Source: Moniliella sp. 'wahieum' (taxonomy: Eukaryota). Taken from it: 64,000 nucleotides of DNA. The notes below the pieces were generated by a model, which saw only the letters and a program-made list of their open reading frames with translations, searched no databases and was not told the DNA's origin. The stretch is from positions 1,178,001 to 1,242,000 of the forward strand of contig RSEE01000002.1 of the NCBI GenBank assembly GCA_003971905.1, in the 5' to 3' direction. Numbering within the stretch: the stretch's first letter is position 1; every line of letters begins with the position of its first letter. Position numbers and translations under genes: made by a program. Below are positions 12,859 to 26,400 of this stretch, in pieces.

Positions 12859-13735
12859 GGAGCATAAGCAATGGTTCGGACGTCAAAGCCATGTTCAGCG
12901 TCGGGTGGGGGGAGGCGGTGTCGACAGAGCAGAGAGCGTGGAAGAAAAGAAGAACTCTAGTATATATAGTAACGGGGTGTGGGGCGTGCGCGCGGTAGTC
13001 TGAGCGGGAGAGGGAAGAGGGGCTAGCGTTGTGGTTGGAGAGACGAGACCGGGGCAAGCATGAGGGCGTGAGAGCGGCTGGTATTGAGGGTGTCTTTCAG
13101 GCGAGGCACATGACTAGATGCTGCTGTGGAAGGGTTATGTCCGCTGTTGTCACATGTCAACCGCATCAAATGCAAAATGCCGCTTAGTAGCTCACGCTGC
13201 ACAGATCCGTGTGATATGAGGCGGTAGCAAACACCTGGGCCGGGTCGGTCGAGCAGGCATATAGAAGTGGGTTAGATGGATGCGTAGACATTGTCATCAT
13301 TGGCACATTGTACTGAGTGCGGCATGCACAATGGCAGAGCCGTCAGTGTGGGTCTATACCAGGAGTAGCGCTTCGGGGGAAGCATATATAGCTGTGACCA
13401 AAGAGAGCAGGGGAAAGTAGATCCAGTCTACTACATACAAAACAGATGCTAGATCAGGGAAGAGACTGATGATGGCAGGGGACGTGGAGGGACACTTTTC
13501 TTTTGGGTGCATTCTCGGCCCTGTCACCTACCATGGGCTCCCACCTGGTTCGTACAACTGTTTTCCTTTGGCACAGAATGCTCACAGTGCACCTATACTC
13601 CATCTTCTCCTGGGATAGATAAGCCAAAAAATCGGTTCTTGTGCTCAAGCATTAACAGATCCTGGTAAATGTCTGTAAGCTGCTGTTTCGGCGGAGCTTT
13701 GGCAGCTGCTGAGCACTTGTTTAGCCAAGCATGGA

Positions 13736-15169
13736 TCAAGCGTAGTGGCGCACGGCCATGCTTCGCTCGGTAGGGAAGGAGTAAAAGTCATGCGGCATAC
13801 CAGGAGCGAGATGCTGCTCGATCGAGCCTTTGACTGATCTGACCTTGTCTGCCAAGCTCAGACCCTCATCAACAACAACTGCTCCACCGCCCATTACCAA
13901 TCCACAAGGGCGGTAACCGCGCCACCTCCTTCTCCGGAAGCAGCAGCGGGGAGACCCAAGCACTGCTCCCCACCTCGACCGGAACCGTTTTGCGAACACT
14001 CTCGTCTCCCAACCGCATGACACTAGCAACCAAGTAGTCGTGCGTCGCGGTCCGGCGGGACGGGAAGAGGACGCCGGTATCCCCAATGTGGAGACATGGG
14101 CTGAGGAGCAAGATGCCTGGCACGTTCACGTGGGGGTTAGAGCTAAGCAAGTGCCGGTCGGATTCAGCCTTGGCGTCAACTGCTGCCTTTGAGGCCATCG
14201 GGTCCAGAGCAAGGTAGGAGGAACTGGAAGGGACGTTGAGGTGGGGCCAAACGTCAGTCAAGTAGCGATGGAGGTGGAGGACGAGGAGACCACCAAAGCT
14301 ATCGCCCCCTAAAAAGATCTGGGACGGGTGGTAGCCTACCCGCAAGAGGTAGAGGTACGCTGCAAACAACTGCACAACCGCCGTTGGGTGGGTAGCAAAC
14401 GGCGCCACATCATAGTCCACCGAAAAAACGTCAATCCCAGCCTCTTGCGCCAACGTCCGCCCTAGCGTCCACCCCATAAACGGATCTCCGGCGGCAAAAA
14501 ACAACCCTGCGCCCCCGTGCGCATAGAGCATCACTGCCCGGGCTGGATTGGGCGGAAGGGTGGTGGAGCGAGACAAGTACCAATAGCACGCCACCTTGCG
14601 CCGGGCAAAGGCTGGCCGAACCAACGGTGGCCCCGAGTACAAGGGCGAAGTGACCCATTGCTCTTCTGCCGTTCGTGTGGGATCCCGAACGGTCAGGAAG
14701 CCCCGCATCCATTCTAACGGGGGCGGTTCGACCCATACCCGATCCCTTCGCGCGACGGGAATCAGGCCCCACGAAGTACTCCATAGTGGCCAACCGACAC
14801 TTCCCAACGTAATCAGGCGGAAGAAAGGCTCGAACCAGGCACCCAACAAGGTCGACGTCCACCCTTCATCTTCCTCGTAGGGCAGCGGGAAGAAGCGGCT
14901 CACGAGGAAGTAGGGCATCAAATGGCGGAGGAGCGCTGTTAGAACAGCTGTCTTGTAAGAAAACTCCTTGTGGCGCGCAGCGAGGGGACTGCATTGGAAA
15001 TCAAGGTCACGGGCAGCAGAAATGGCATCGTGATGAGGAAGAGGAGGTAGAGGGCCACAAGGCGCAAGAGGAAGGTGAGCAGATGGCGTGGCGGTTGCTT
15101 CGCCTCCTTCACCGCCTGGAAGACATAGTCCTGGACTGGTGAAAGCGACCCCGGCGGATCGGCGGACAT
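13736..15169 (-). CDS. Alpha/beta hydrolase, hormone-sensitive-lipase family (Abhydrolase_3), with an N-terminal hydrophobic anchor
   Basis: MLYAHGGAG (oxyanion HGG), VFSVDYDVAP, IFLGGDSFGG (nucleophile GDSxG), ILLLSP, LPPLWI and a C-terminal PGMPHDF (catalytic His) in a shifted frame. The N-terminus MSADPPG...LLTFLLRLVALYLLFLITMPFLL is TM-like. Confidence 0.88.
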
Positions 15170-16412
15170 TGTTTCCGTTGGTGGTGGTGGGGAGGCAAGA
15201 GATGCGGTGGGACACTCGGCCTGTGGCCATGTGGTGAGCGTTTTGCCCAGCGGCTCCTGTAGTCTGGTGTGACATGTGACCTGTGACGCGGAGATCCGCC
15301 TCGCGCCGGCTGCCTGCGCCTTTGGGGCATTTTTATACGTTCGCTTTTCCCTCTCATCTCTCCCAATCGATCCCGCGATCCCGCTTCGGCATTCCTCCGG
15401 AGGCCCTTCCTAGCTCTTTCAGCCAGTGGGCCACGGGACATGTGCCAGCTGAACTTGGACTTTTGACACTCTGCCAGCGGCTACGCATGGCGTAACGCTG
15501 CCTCGGTGCCTGCACCTGAACTCATACTACTCCCAGTAGTTAATAAGAACTACCCCACACGCAACTGAAGGGCGCCGCGTCTCATACGCCCCACACTTGC
15601 CCCTTTTGCTGCACACAGGATGCGTGGCGCGTGACACACGATTAATCCCACATCAGGGATCGCTCATAAGCGATGATCGATGATCGATGATCGATCTAAT
15701 CGATATTCATGGATCCATCCGCTTGTCCGACACGCTCTTCTCTGTGTCGATGCATGCGGTCGATGGCTCAATCTCACACATCGGTTTGCCCTTTCCGATT
15801 GACATGCTCCGATGTATTCACGAGCGAGACTGGCAACCTGGCCCCGCCCGCGTCCTGCCAGCCTGGTTGTGAGGACTTCCGTGCTAAACCGGCCTATAGA
15901 GCCTTCGTCCAGTCAAGGATATGTCGTTGCGGGGACTGTTCGTAAGGACAGTGCCAGAGTGATACAGGCTGTTTCTCCTATCCCGGCTCTCAACAGTGTA
16001 GTGCGGTTCCGCCTCTCTGGCCAAGAGGCGAAGCCACTGCATGGAGGGTTTGGTTCCGATTCCTGGCAGTCACTCTTTTCCGGGCCATTTCATCCGGGTA
16101 TAGCATTCTATCATCACAGAAGGGACTCATCCGTTCAGGTCCCCCTGGTCATGGTTGGGAAAGGACGAAAGGGTGTGTGCTGTTTCCAAGAAACGCACAA
16201 CTTGGTCCCCTCCAATTCAGTCGCGCGTCCTTCTTGGTAGACGGACAACTATACCAGTGGATGATCCACTTCTAGTGTTCGCCAAAGATATGGTGCCCAC
16301 CGGACCCACGTAGTGGTGGTGGGGATGCTTTCGTTATACGGCTAAAAGGGTGGCCCACAAGGGGTTCCCAAGCATGGTCAACATGAGCACATCGTATAGC
16401 ACAAAACGAGAA

Positions 16413-18096
16413 TTACAAGGGCGCCCAATGCGCAGGTAAGTGGTTGGCAGCCAGGGAGGAGGTGCGGCGGCGACGAACGTCGGTTGTAGGCCAATCGTAG
16501 TTTTGATTTTCGTATTTGAAACCGTACTTGGCGATCCAGTCGTTGAGTGCCTTGGGGCCCCTTGACCCGTACGCGTATGGCTCTGGCTTGATCTCACCCC
16601 GATCAATGGCATGAAGAAGCGGGGTAAAGATGGACCAACTGGCCTCTAGTTCGTCGTCCCTAACAAAGTTGCTGTGATCTCCTGCCAACGCATCGTAAAG
16701 CAAGGTTTCGTACGCCTCGGGGATGCGTACACCACTAAAACGGTCCTTGTACGTCAAGTTCAGCTCGGCACTGACCAGGTCATACGTCAGTCCTGGGGAT
16801 TTGGCGTTCACCTTGACATATACGGCTTCGCCTGGCTGGATCCGGAGGACAAGCTCATTGCGCATCAGCTCCTCCGCTTGGGGGCCAGAAAAAAGGTTGC
16901 TGTCGGGGTCCTTGTACTGCACACGGATCTCCACCTTGGCCTCGTTCAGTGCTTTGCCCGCCTTGAGGATAAACGGAACTCCTTGCCACCGTGTATTGTT
17001 CACCCACAATGCCACCGCTGCAAACGTAGGGCAATTGCTGTGGTCTGGCACGGTGGCGTCATCTAGGTACCCAGGTTTGCCCTGTGCCGCCACGTACTGC
17101 CCCAGCAGCGCATCTTGCTGTGTGACGGGCGGAATGTCGTGCAGGACGGCAACTTTGGCGTCCCGAATCGCCTTAGCGCTAAGCGAGCTGGGTTGTTCCA
17201 TGGCAAAGAGCGATAAGACTTGAGAGAGGTGGTTTTGTTGAATGTCGCGGATGATACCAAACTCATCAAAGTACCCACCCCGACCATCGGTGCCAAAGGG
17301 CTCTTTGAACGTGATCTGTACGTTGGAAACGTACTTGTTGTTGAGGGTCGCCTCGATGACGGGATTGGCAAAGCGAACAGTCATCAGGTTCTTGACCATC
17401 TCCTTACCCAGGTAGTGGTCAATACCTGATATAGGAGAGAGGTGTATAGCGCTGGTCAGTTCATGATAGGGTAGGCGGAAGGAGGGAAAATGCAGGAACG
17501 AGACCATCACCAAAAAGTGCGAACAAAATACGTACGAAATGTTTCGTCCTCTCTCCAGAGCGGCTTGAGTGCGCCCAGCATTGCCTGGCAGGACTCGAGG
17601 TCTTTTCCAAATGGCTTTTCGAGGATGATGTGGTTGGAGCCAGTAGGAGAGTAGTTGTTGTGTTTGAGGTGGCTTGCCACCTTGATGAACACGCTAGATG
17701 GAAGAGCCATGTAGAAGAGACGATGGGAACCTCCTTGGCTCACACCACGTTCGGCCTCAATGGCACGAATCTGCTGTTCCAGCACTTGAAATGCCGCATC
17801 GTCATCGTACGAGCCGGGAGTGTAGCTGGTGAGTTCGAGGAAGGCTTGGGCTGCCTTTTGCCCTTGGGGAGAACCGACGTTGGTGAAGCAGCTGGAAATG
17901 CGGTCGTGAAAGGCTTTCTGGTCAAGCCGGGTGCGAGCGTAACCAATGATGCTCGTGTTGGCAGGCAGCAGGCCCAAGCGGTACAGATTGAACAGGGCTG
18001 GGAATGTTTTTTTGCGCGCCAGATCGCCCGAGGCGCCGAGCACGACAATGACGACCTCGGATCCGAGCTTGCCAGGGAGTGGGATTGCTGGCTCAT
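16413..18096 (-). CDS. ZWF1: Glucose-6-phosphate 1-dehydrogenase, one intron 17426-17535
   Basis: GASGDLARKKTFPALF, ILEKPFGKD, spliced FRIDHYLGKEMVKN, FKEPFGTDGRGGYFDEFGIIRDIQQNH, WQGVPFILKAGKAL, IPEAYE and FVRDDEL. Confidence 0.97.
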
Positions 18097-19562
18097 ATGA
18101 TAGTGGTGGTGGGGGGGTGAGGGGGGGGGGTGGTGAGGTTCAAGTGGGAAGACAAGGACGAGGATAAACAGGGCGAGGCCTAAGGCCTATAAGGCCTACG
18201 GTGAGGGACCGAGCAATCAGGGACGAGTTCATGGCGGGACCCATTTGCGGCCAAAGAGCGGCTGGGCGCAGTATGTCTTGCTGTTTCAGGCAGCGCGGGG
18301 GGGGCAACAGAGAAAACCGAGGTGGCAAGAGGGAACGATTCAGAATGCAGTTGAGGAATGAATTGCTGGGGCCCGCTGGCCTTCTGCGCTGGCTGCCTGT
18401 GGGGCTACTGTGTTTTAAGTGAGGGCGTGCAGGACGTTTTGATGCTGGTAATGACGCTGACGCTGACGATGATGAGACTGGGCGCTGTGAGGCGCTCAGC
18501 AGATGGGGCGCCGGGGGGCTGGTGCTCTATAATCCACTAGCCACTGCACCCAGTCGGCTCTCCTGTCGACCGCCGGCGATAGCGGTGGCCGCGGGCCGGC
18601 CTACCATGCAACACGCCAGTATACGAGGCGGTGGCGGGCGCACGGACGTCAGCGCCAAACACGAGCTGACCGGTGATGTACGGCGTTGGATGCATGATGC
18701 TCCCTGAGGCCTGAGGCTCAGCGAGGCGCTGCACCTGAGCGACTGAAGAGGCTCTTGGGGAAGTGGGCGCAAGGGGCGCAGCATGGGGACAGTGTACCCC
18801 AACCCAGGGTCCTCCATGCTGCATGCTGCATGCACGCAGGCCAAATTGAATGTGATACTGCGCACAATGGTCCACTGCCGGGGATCTAAGGTGGGCTGTG
18901 CGGTGGGAAGCCGGTATGCGCGCCACCATCTCCAGAGCTAGGTATGTATTCGCAGCGCACCTGCGGAAGCTGCGAAGGCCCAGGACGATGCGGGCGTGGG
19001 CATCACCGAGACCATCATATACGAGACGGCATTGGCGAGTTTGACTTTTACTGATCCGAATAAGCAGGCGGTAGGCGAATGCCATGATGTGGTTGGCCGC
19101 AGCGCGTGCGAACAAGCGGGGGATATGGGATCGGACTGAATACACAAACCGGTGTCTGCGTCGGGGGCCTCAGCTTGTTATAGACACTGGGGTGACCAGG
19201 TAGACTGGTAGACCACAGCAGAGCAGCCACAGCACGCAGCAACCGGCAGGCGTGCCTCTCCAGTGGCGTTGATGCATGATGTATGATACCTTGTGTGTGA
19301 CGTCACGTGTCACATGTGTGTGAAAATACCCCCACTCTGACCAGATCTGGGGTAGAATCAACCTGTTGAAACGTTCACGCGGTTCTCCGATTCTGTGAAG
19401 CTATCCGGTGGATTCTACTTGGACTGCGACATGGTCTCTGTCTGAGGCCTCACCTGAGGCCCCTGAATATTGAATCCCCTGCCTTTCCCAAGAAGAAGAT
19501 TCGACGGGAGTCAGTTACACTGCCATCATTACTCAGTACTCATTCACCTCCACGCCTCCACA

Positions 19563-20876
19563 ATGCCTCGAGGTGTCTGTTGCGGGCTGGGTGCGTATCT
19601 CTGTGGGACCACAGTTGAACAGACAACAGGCGCTAACCTCTCTCCCCATCCTCTCTCATCGTATGGACCCATCTCGTCGCAGGTTCTTTTCTCATGTGCG
19701 CCGCCATGGTGCTCATGATCTTTGTCAATGTTGGCCAGATCGGCACCGGCCCAGTCGAGCGTCACATCTATCTCGCTCACCTCAATCTCACTGGGTTTGC
19801 TACCAGCCTTGGAGATTCCAACGAGATACGACAAATTTTTGCCTCCAATCAGTCTTCCCGCTCCTCGCCGGCAACGGAATACGGTACAACTATTGGTGGG
19901 GAATGTACAGCGTCTGCGGGAGCGATGCAGGCCTGGTAGCTCCAACCGATCTTGTTCTTCCAACGAGTTTGGCCACCCGCTCGAGCCAGCGCAGACGCTG
20001 GGTGCCGATGATGGGTCGAATGGCAGCTTGAGTACCGCCTTGGCCCTATCTTTTCGAATGAAGACTCATCCAATGTCACCAATCCGGGAAAGCTAACCAA
20101 ATTTACCAATCAACCTGGCTTGCCAACCTTTCTCGCGCTACTTTTACCTTTCTTTATTAGCACCATCTTGGCTGGCGTGTCCTGGGTCCTGAGTTTGCTC
20201 AACGGGGAGCGTTTGCTCTCTTTCTCTCTTCCTCGGTTGCCTCTTACTGTTGTGCTACTCGGCATCGGTGGACAATTTGGACGGCAATGGTGGGCATCCT
20301 TCGTGATGAGCTCAAATCCGCTCGGATTAACAAGCTGTTGATCTTGAGTACGGAAATGCCGTCTGGCTCAGCTGGGCTGCGTTTAGTTGTGCGCTTGTCA
20401 GCATCTTTCCTCTTCTTGTGGCCGCTTGCGAACCAGGCCGATCTTGCTATGGTCTTCGAAGGAGGAAGTACGAGCCTACCCCTCTCGATCCGGACTGGGA
20501 CGTCGAAGCACGACACGTTACCACACACTCTACTTCCCTTTCCACCCGGCCACCAACTCGGTCGGCAAGCCCTCCCCGGGAGCTATCAACGTGGAGAGGC
20601 GTATGATACTGCCTATGCCCAAACTGCTTACCCAGCCTCTACTCCTAGACCGGCTTCGCCTCCGCCTCCGCCTCCAAAGTCATTCCCTGCCCCGGTTGTG
20701 ACGCAGGCCTATGTTCCCGCCGGACCAATTCAGTCCGGTCGCAGACCAATGCAGTCTCAGCGTACACGCGGTACGAGGCGCGGGACGCGCGGGACGCGCA
20801 GGCCCAAAGTGCTCGATACGATCGTTATGATCGCCAAGATGTTCGCTATGATCCTCGGTTCGATGACAACTATTGA
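19563..20876 (+). CDS. SUR7/PalI-family multi-pass membrane protein, intron 19591-19682
   Basis: Spliced MPRGVCCGLGSFLMCAAMVLMIFVNVGQ (TM1), extracellular loop GIRYNYWWGMYSVCG...FGHPLEP, further TM segments (FLALLLPFFISTILAGVSWVL; VVRLSASFLFLW) and a Pro/Tyr-rich tail ending RYDPRFDDNY*. Frameshifted. Confidence 0.72.
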
Positions 20877-22180
20877 ACCACACCCCCTCCTCCATGCCTC
20901 CCTGCCCATCTCGCATCCCGCTTTTTTCACAGTCAAACATCCACAACCCGATGCCCCTCTCGCCGTTCCTGTGTTCTTCGTATGCGCAGCAGAACCATTT
21001 GTGGCTTGTGGCCTGTGCTGGCCCGGATTGTCCCGGGCCTTCGTCGGCCCGCCATGTTAATACCTAAGTACCTTCCTCCCCGTCCATCCACTGCAGAGAG
21101 GACAAAACAAAAAATGGTGGCGGTTTTACTGTGGATACATGCATGTATCGTATCGTATTAAGATTGTGGTTTTCTCTCCTCGCACGCTTGCGGTGGCTTG
21201 CAGACAGTAGTACCTGGCACCCAAATGCGTCAACCCATCGGTTGCTTCTCTCACAGCTCTGAAAGTCTGCCTTCTGTCATTGATACACCCGCATGTATCT
21301 CCTGTTCTTCGGCCGGAGGCCTAGCGCCGTCAGCGCGTCAGCAACCGAAGGCTCTACAGTTCTCAGTTCCGCAGTAGCCTGTTGTGAACATCGCAGGCTC
21401 GGATGACGTCATCTGTAGACGCGGTGGCTGATGAATTCTGAGTTCCGATGCAAGACGGGCGGTGGCGTTACAACTTTCAACAATAGGACACGGACCAGGT
21501 GCGCTGTCTCTCTAGATCTCGATCTTAGATCTCAGACGATCAGATCATCTGCCAGACGGAGAATGGCCACCATAAACGGCCTAGCTGGGCTATCGAGAGT
21601 GACGACTACACACAAGCAGTGTGGTCTGTGCTTCGCCTCAGCGCACGGCAAGTAGTACGAGTAGTGCCACTGTCCATTGAATCTGGAAGCGTTTGAGGAG
21701 AGCCTTCTCTCGAGCTCGGGGTAGTCTCCCACCTATACTCAAGGTGAGAGCGTAAAATCCCCCCATCACCAGACTGCGCTTGCAGCGTCTCCTTCAACAG
21801 GCACGCAGCAAAAAGATGAGAAGACTTTTTGTCGAATCCACAGGTCTTTTCAGATCTTAAACCTCGGTCTATTGATGGTCCTCCCATGACAGACAGCTAC
21901 ATGGCTACTCCCAGCCATCGCGCCTTCTCAGCGGGTGTTGGGCCCGTGCACAGTTCATTGCCACAGGCGCCACTGCCCCAGGCCCTCCCACAGGTACTGT
22001 GGGTGCGCTCACAACATTCATTCATCAGGATAACTGGGGCAACTCTCATTGGGCAGCACTGCACCTACCCCCCCCCCCCCCGCCCCGGTTTTCCTAGCTT
22101 CATCATTTCTCTTTCCTCCTCCTTCCTTCCCCCACCCAAACACAAACCACCGTTCCATCCCTATCCCATCTATCACCACC

Positions 22181-22808
22181 ATGACCTCTTCGGCCTCACC
22201 ACAAACGACCGGGCCCTCGGCTTCCACGCATCGGATGTTCCCTACGCAATGGCCCAGCATCCCACCGGCACGCTCGAACCAAGCACGACCCGGACGGCGG
22301 CACCCACGACCTCCGCGTCTGCCCCTTCTGCCTCTTTTCCCACTCCCAGCACCACCACGATGACCTACACGACCACCTGCCCCTCCTTCCCCAAGTAATC
22401 GATCGTGGGGACGAAGCGCAGCTGGTGCAAGAGGCCGAAAGAGATGCCACCTCCGCCGGATTGGCGGGCAGCACCAGGATCATCAAGCCCCTTCACGCGG
22501 GCCAAGCGGAAACAGGTAGGTCACCCTCCCTCCCTTGGTCATGTACCGTTTTGTGCCGCTATATAGATCTGGACGTGGCGCTGACTGCTCGTTCGTCCTT
22601 GTTCCGCTGCTGGGTACCAGTGGTCAACGATCCCATCATCCCTGCTAGTGCCAAGGAGGCGCCTTGGTTTGGCATTCCGCCCGTGAAAGGGTTGTCATTT
22701 GAAGAGCAAGTCAAAGCCAATGCGCTCTACTACCGCGGCAAGATTTTCCATGATACCGATAAGGTCCAACAAGCCGCGGCCGAGTTACGTGGCGACATTC
22801 GTCTCTAA
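22181..22808 (+). CDS. Small hypothetical fungal protein, intron 22516-22620
   Basis: ATG after a C-rich leader, a GTAGGT...GCTGAC...CCAG intron, and C-terminus KGLSFEEQVKANALYYRGKIFHDTDKVQQAAAELRGDIRL*. Confidence 0.55.
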
Positions 22809-23416
22809 CCCCCTTTCCTCCCCTAGCTGTGACAAACACGATAGAAGTGGGTCTGGTGAGCCCGTCCATTACACCACGACGGCTCCTTTTTTTCGATACA
22901 GCGTCTTCTACTCATCTACGTAACATTGACCGTGTACTACTCTCCATGTTGGGTGCATACACCCCCCTTTCTGTTGCATCTTGTGTTGTGCTACCCTAGT
23001 TAGTTGCTGTACTCTGCTGTTGATATCCAATGGATGTTTTGGTGCTGGACTCACCACCCCTTGGCCCCTTCAGCTGACCCCTTCCGCCGCATCTATCGCA
23101 CACACGAGAGAGAGCACTTGGACATTCTACTAGTATCCTTTTATTCTTGTGTTGCCCCCCTACCGACTCCCTCCACGTAGATCCAAAGAGGTAAGGGAAT
23201 GGGGCCGCATGCATGAGTAAATAAGTGTCTGTGTGGCGTTCTTGTGTGGTTGCAGGGCCTATAGGGTGTAGAAAGGATGCGAGTAAGAAAAAAAAAAGGG
23301 GTGACAAAAACAGCTAGGGGGTGGTATAAGGTACAAGGCAGGAGGATAAACGGGGCAGATGAGCCTTTGGTGGTTGGCAGGAGGCGAGGCGAGGGTGAGG
23401 GTGGGAGTGAGAAGGG

Positions 23417-26400
23417 TTAAATGTACTTAGTAAAGTCAAAGTTGACATGCAGCTTGGAGCTCAGCACAGGCGGCACGACGAGCAACGCCACTAAGAGAGT
23501 GAAACCAAAGAAGAACAGTGCACCGTACCGGACAACAACCGTGCGGCGTTGCTTCTCCTGGGTGCGGGAGAAGGAGGATCGGTGGTGAATTTGGTGTCCC
23601 GGGTGCAGCAGCCAGAAGAGGGCGATGGAATGGAGCGTGTTGACATAGGGCAAGAGCATGGGCAGCGCGAGGGTGAAGAGGATGAGGTGGCACAACAAAA
23701 AGTCACAGGAGTAGGCGCCCATCTCGGTGATCTTGACCACAAATTCGCGTAGCGGCTGGCTCCATGCGTGCCAGCCCAGGCCGCGCCCATACCACCGCCC
23801 CGACCACCACGCACGGTTCGTCTCGTCCACATGCATCTCTCGTGTCAAGAAGAGGGCAATGAGAAGCTTGAACAGTGCGCGCTGGATCGCAATCATTGCA
23901 ATCAGTCCCAGCACCGCGTGCGAGGCATCCCACATCTCTAGCAGCCACCAAAACTCCACAATTCCCACCAAGCCCAAGATGGAGAGAAAGTGAGCGACCG
24001 AGGCGATGATCGAGGGGAACTTGGTCCACTTGCTCAGCATCGGACCCACCGACACTGATAAGAAAACCCGTGATGAGCACCGCAGCGTTCCACCCAATCG
24101 GTGCGGCGGCAAGAAAGGCAACCCGAACAATCGCACCATGGGGGGGGGGTACTTGGTAGGGAAGGACTTGACGTATACATACGCAATTGTAAACACCACT
24201 GCCGTCCCAATCGGGAACAGACATTCGGCAAACAAGATGGTTCGCCACCCCGCGCGCGGAAGGTCGCCTGACAACTTGTCCCCCGACGCGCCCAACTGCG
24301 TTTTCTTGTACCCCGTCACTTTTGTTCGGCTCAGGCGACAGTAGCCTACCCAACTGTTGGCGTGGGCACGGCTGTTGCCACGACTCATCCAGCGGAGGAA
24401 CTCGCGGTAGTCGATAAAGAAGTCCCACATGGAGAACTGGTGCGGGTTGAACACGTAAGGGGCCAGCAACAAGGCCGTAATACTAATCCAGAAGCTATTG
24501 GGGCGAGAAAGAAACTGGCGTGTCAATATTCCTGAGGTGCACAAAAAAAGAAGAGAGAAAGGAGATGAGAGAGGAAGAAAGGGGACATACTAGATCAAGT
24601 GCCACATCCAAACAGTTAGCGTCACGTACACCAACAGCAAGGTGAGCCGAGCCCCAGTGTAGATGGATGGCCCGGCAAAACGGGAGAAGAGCAAGCTGAA
24701 GCTTTGTCGGCTTGTGGCGAACCCACGACCAGTGGCAATGTACCGTGCCCCACCAAAGGTCAAGTTCGAGATCAGGGAGTTGGAATAGATTTGAGTAGTG
24801 AACACCTCAAACAAGGGCGAGAGAGAGATGACCTGCTTGGATATACGGAGCATTGCGGATATGGCCCCACGCTCACACAGCTCCGTCATAAACAAAGGCA
24901 GAAAGGAAATGGCAAAGACCAGGAAGATGGATATGATGGTGCGTTTGACCCAGGCAAAAACAGGCTCAAGATAGTAGCACCCCACCGCTCCTATAACCTG
25001 TTGTCGCGAGTTGAGTTGACACACATCAATCGTGCTGTTGAGCGTTCCCAAAAAGACGAGAGAGAGGATGAGAAGTTGCATGCTGAAGATAACCATACAG
25101 TTGTTGAGCGTAAAGCCGGGGTGACCATAGTAAAACGTGAGGAAGCGGTCCATGGGCAATTGGGTTCCCATATGTAGTACTCGCGCGAGAGGAGTTGCTC
25201 TCCCATCCCATTTCCCAACTTGGTAGTAAAGTTGAGGATCGTACCAAAACCCAAATCACGCCCTTTTCCGCATTGGTAGTACTCACAGTGCTTGATCCTG
25301 CCTCCGCGCGAGAATGCGGTCATACCAGCGTAGATGTCTTCGTTGAGGTGCAAGCCTTTCTGGGCCTTGGACACGCCACCACGGGTGGTCATGAAGATGG
25401 CATTGAGGAAATCGGGATGCCCATAGTGAAGTTTTCCTCCGATATGGGCCAAGCCTCGACCAGTGAGGGTACCAAACGTCTGTTCCTTTCCCGCCGCATT
25501 GTCCCCCAACATGCCAATGTTTCAGAGTAGATATACTCGCGTGCTCCGAGGAAAGCGACTGGAGCCTGGGCATGCTCTTGGTGATTCACTCCGTAAGGAT
25601 CGACTTTGGGGACATTGAACGACTCAAACTCGCCCAGCACCGAACGAATCTTAAGGCACTCCTCGAGATAGTTGTCTGGTTGGCATCAATGCCTTGCAGG
25701 TACTCGCCACGATGAAAGATAATTGCATGGTTCTGATTGTCGGATTTGCCATCGCCTAGGATCGGATTTCCGGGGAGCTCGATCTTGAACTTGGGCTTCC
25801 GTTTTCCATTTTCGAGCTGCGGGCTGTACCCATCAATTAGGCAGCTGAACCAGCGTCCCTTCTTCCTTCCTTACCAGGTTCCTCCTCCAAGTAGGCAATC
25901 TGAAGGTCGGGGTAAGCGCGGAGGAGAAACTCTGCGTTTTCCCGTTCCTCCTTGTTGAACTTGGTGGTGTAGCGCTGCATGGTGATCACGTACTTGAACT
26001 TGCGCCGGCTGACTCGTTCCAACTCCCGTTCCAGTGCCTCAGGATCCGAAGCGTACTTTCCACAATGTCGGGATTTTCGACTCGATAAAGAAGCTTGATG
26101 GCCTTTGTGTAGTTCATGAATCCCGAAACCGTGCGGGTAAACCGTCTGAGCACGAAGTGAGGCCAGATCCGAGTCCGAAGTACGTACTCGGGCTTGGCCG
26201 ACTTGAACCCACCATGTAGAAGGGCAGATCGTCTTCGTTTTCCGCCTTGTTCTTGCTGAATCGTTTGCTGTGTGCTTGTCTCCGCCGCCCATGTTGGGAG
26301 TGGAATGAACTACCTCCTCGTCCTCATCTTCTGCTAGGAGCTTGGTGTCCGTCACAAAGTTGTCCCATTCCCGGGGATTCAGCTTCTTGAGATAATCAAT

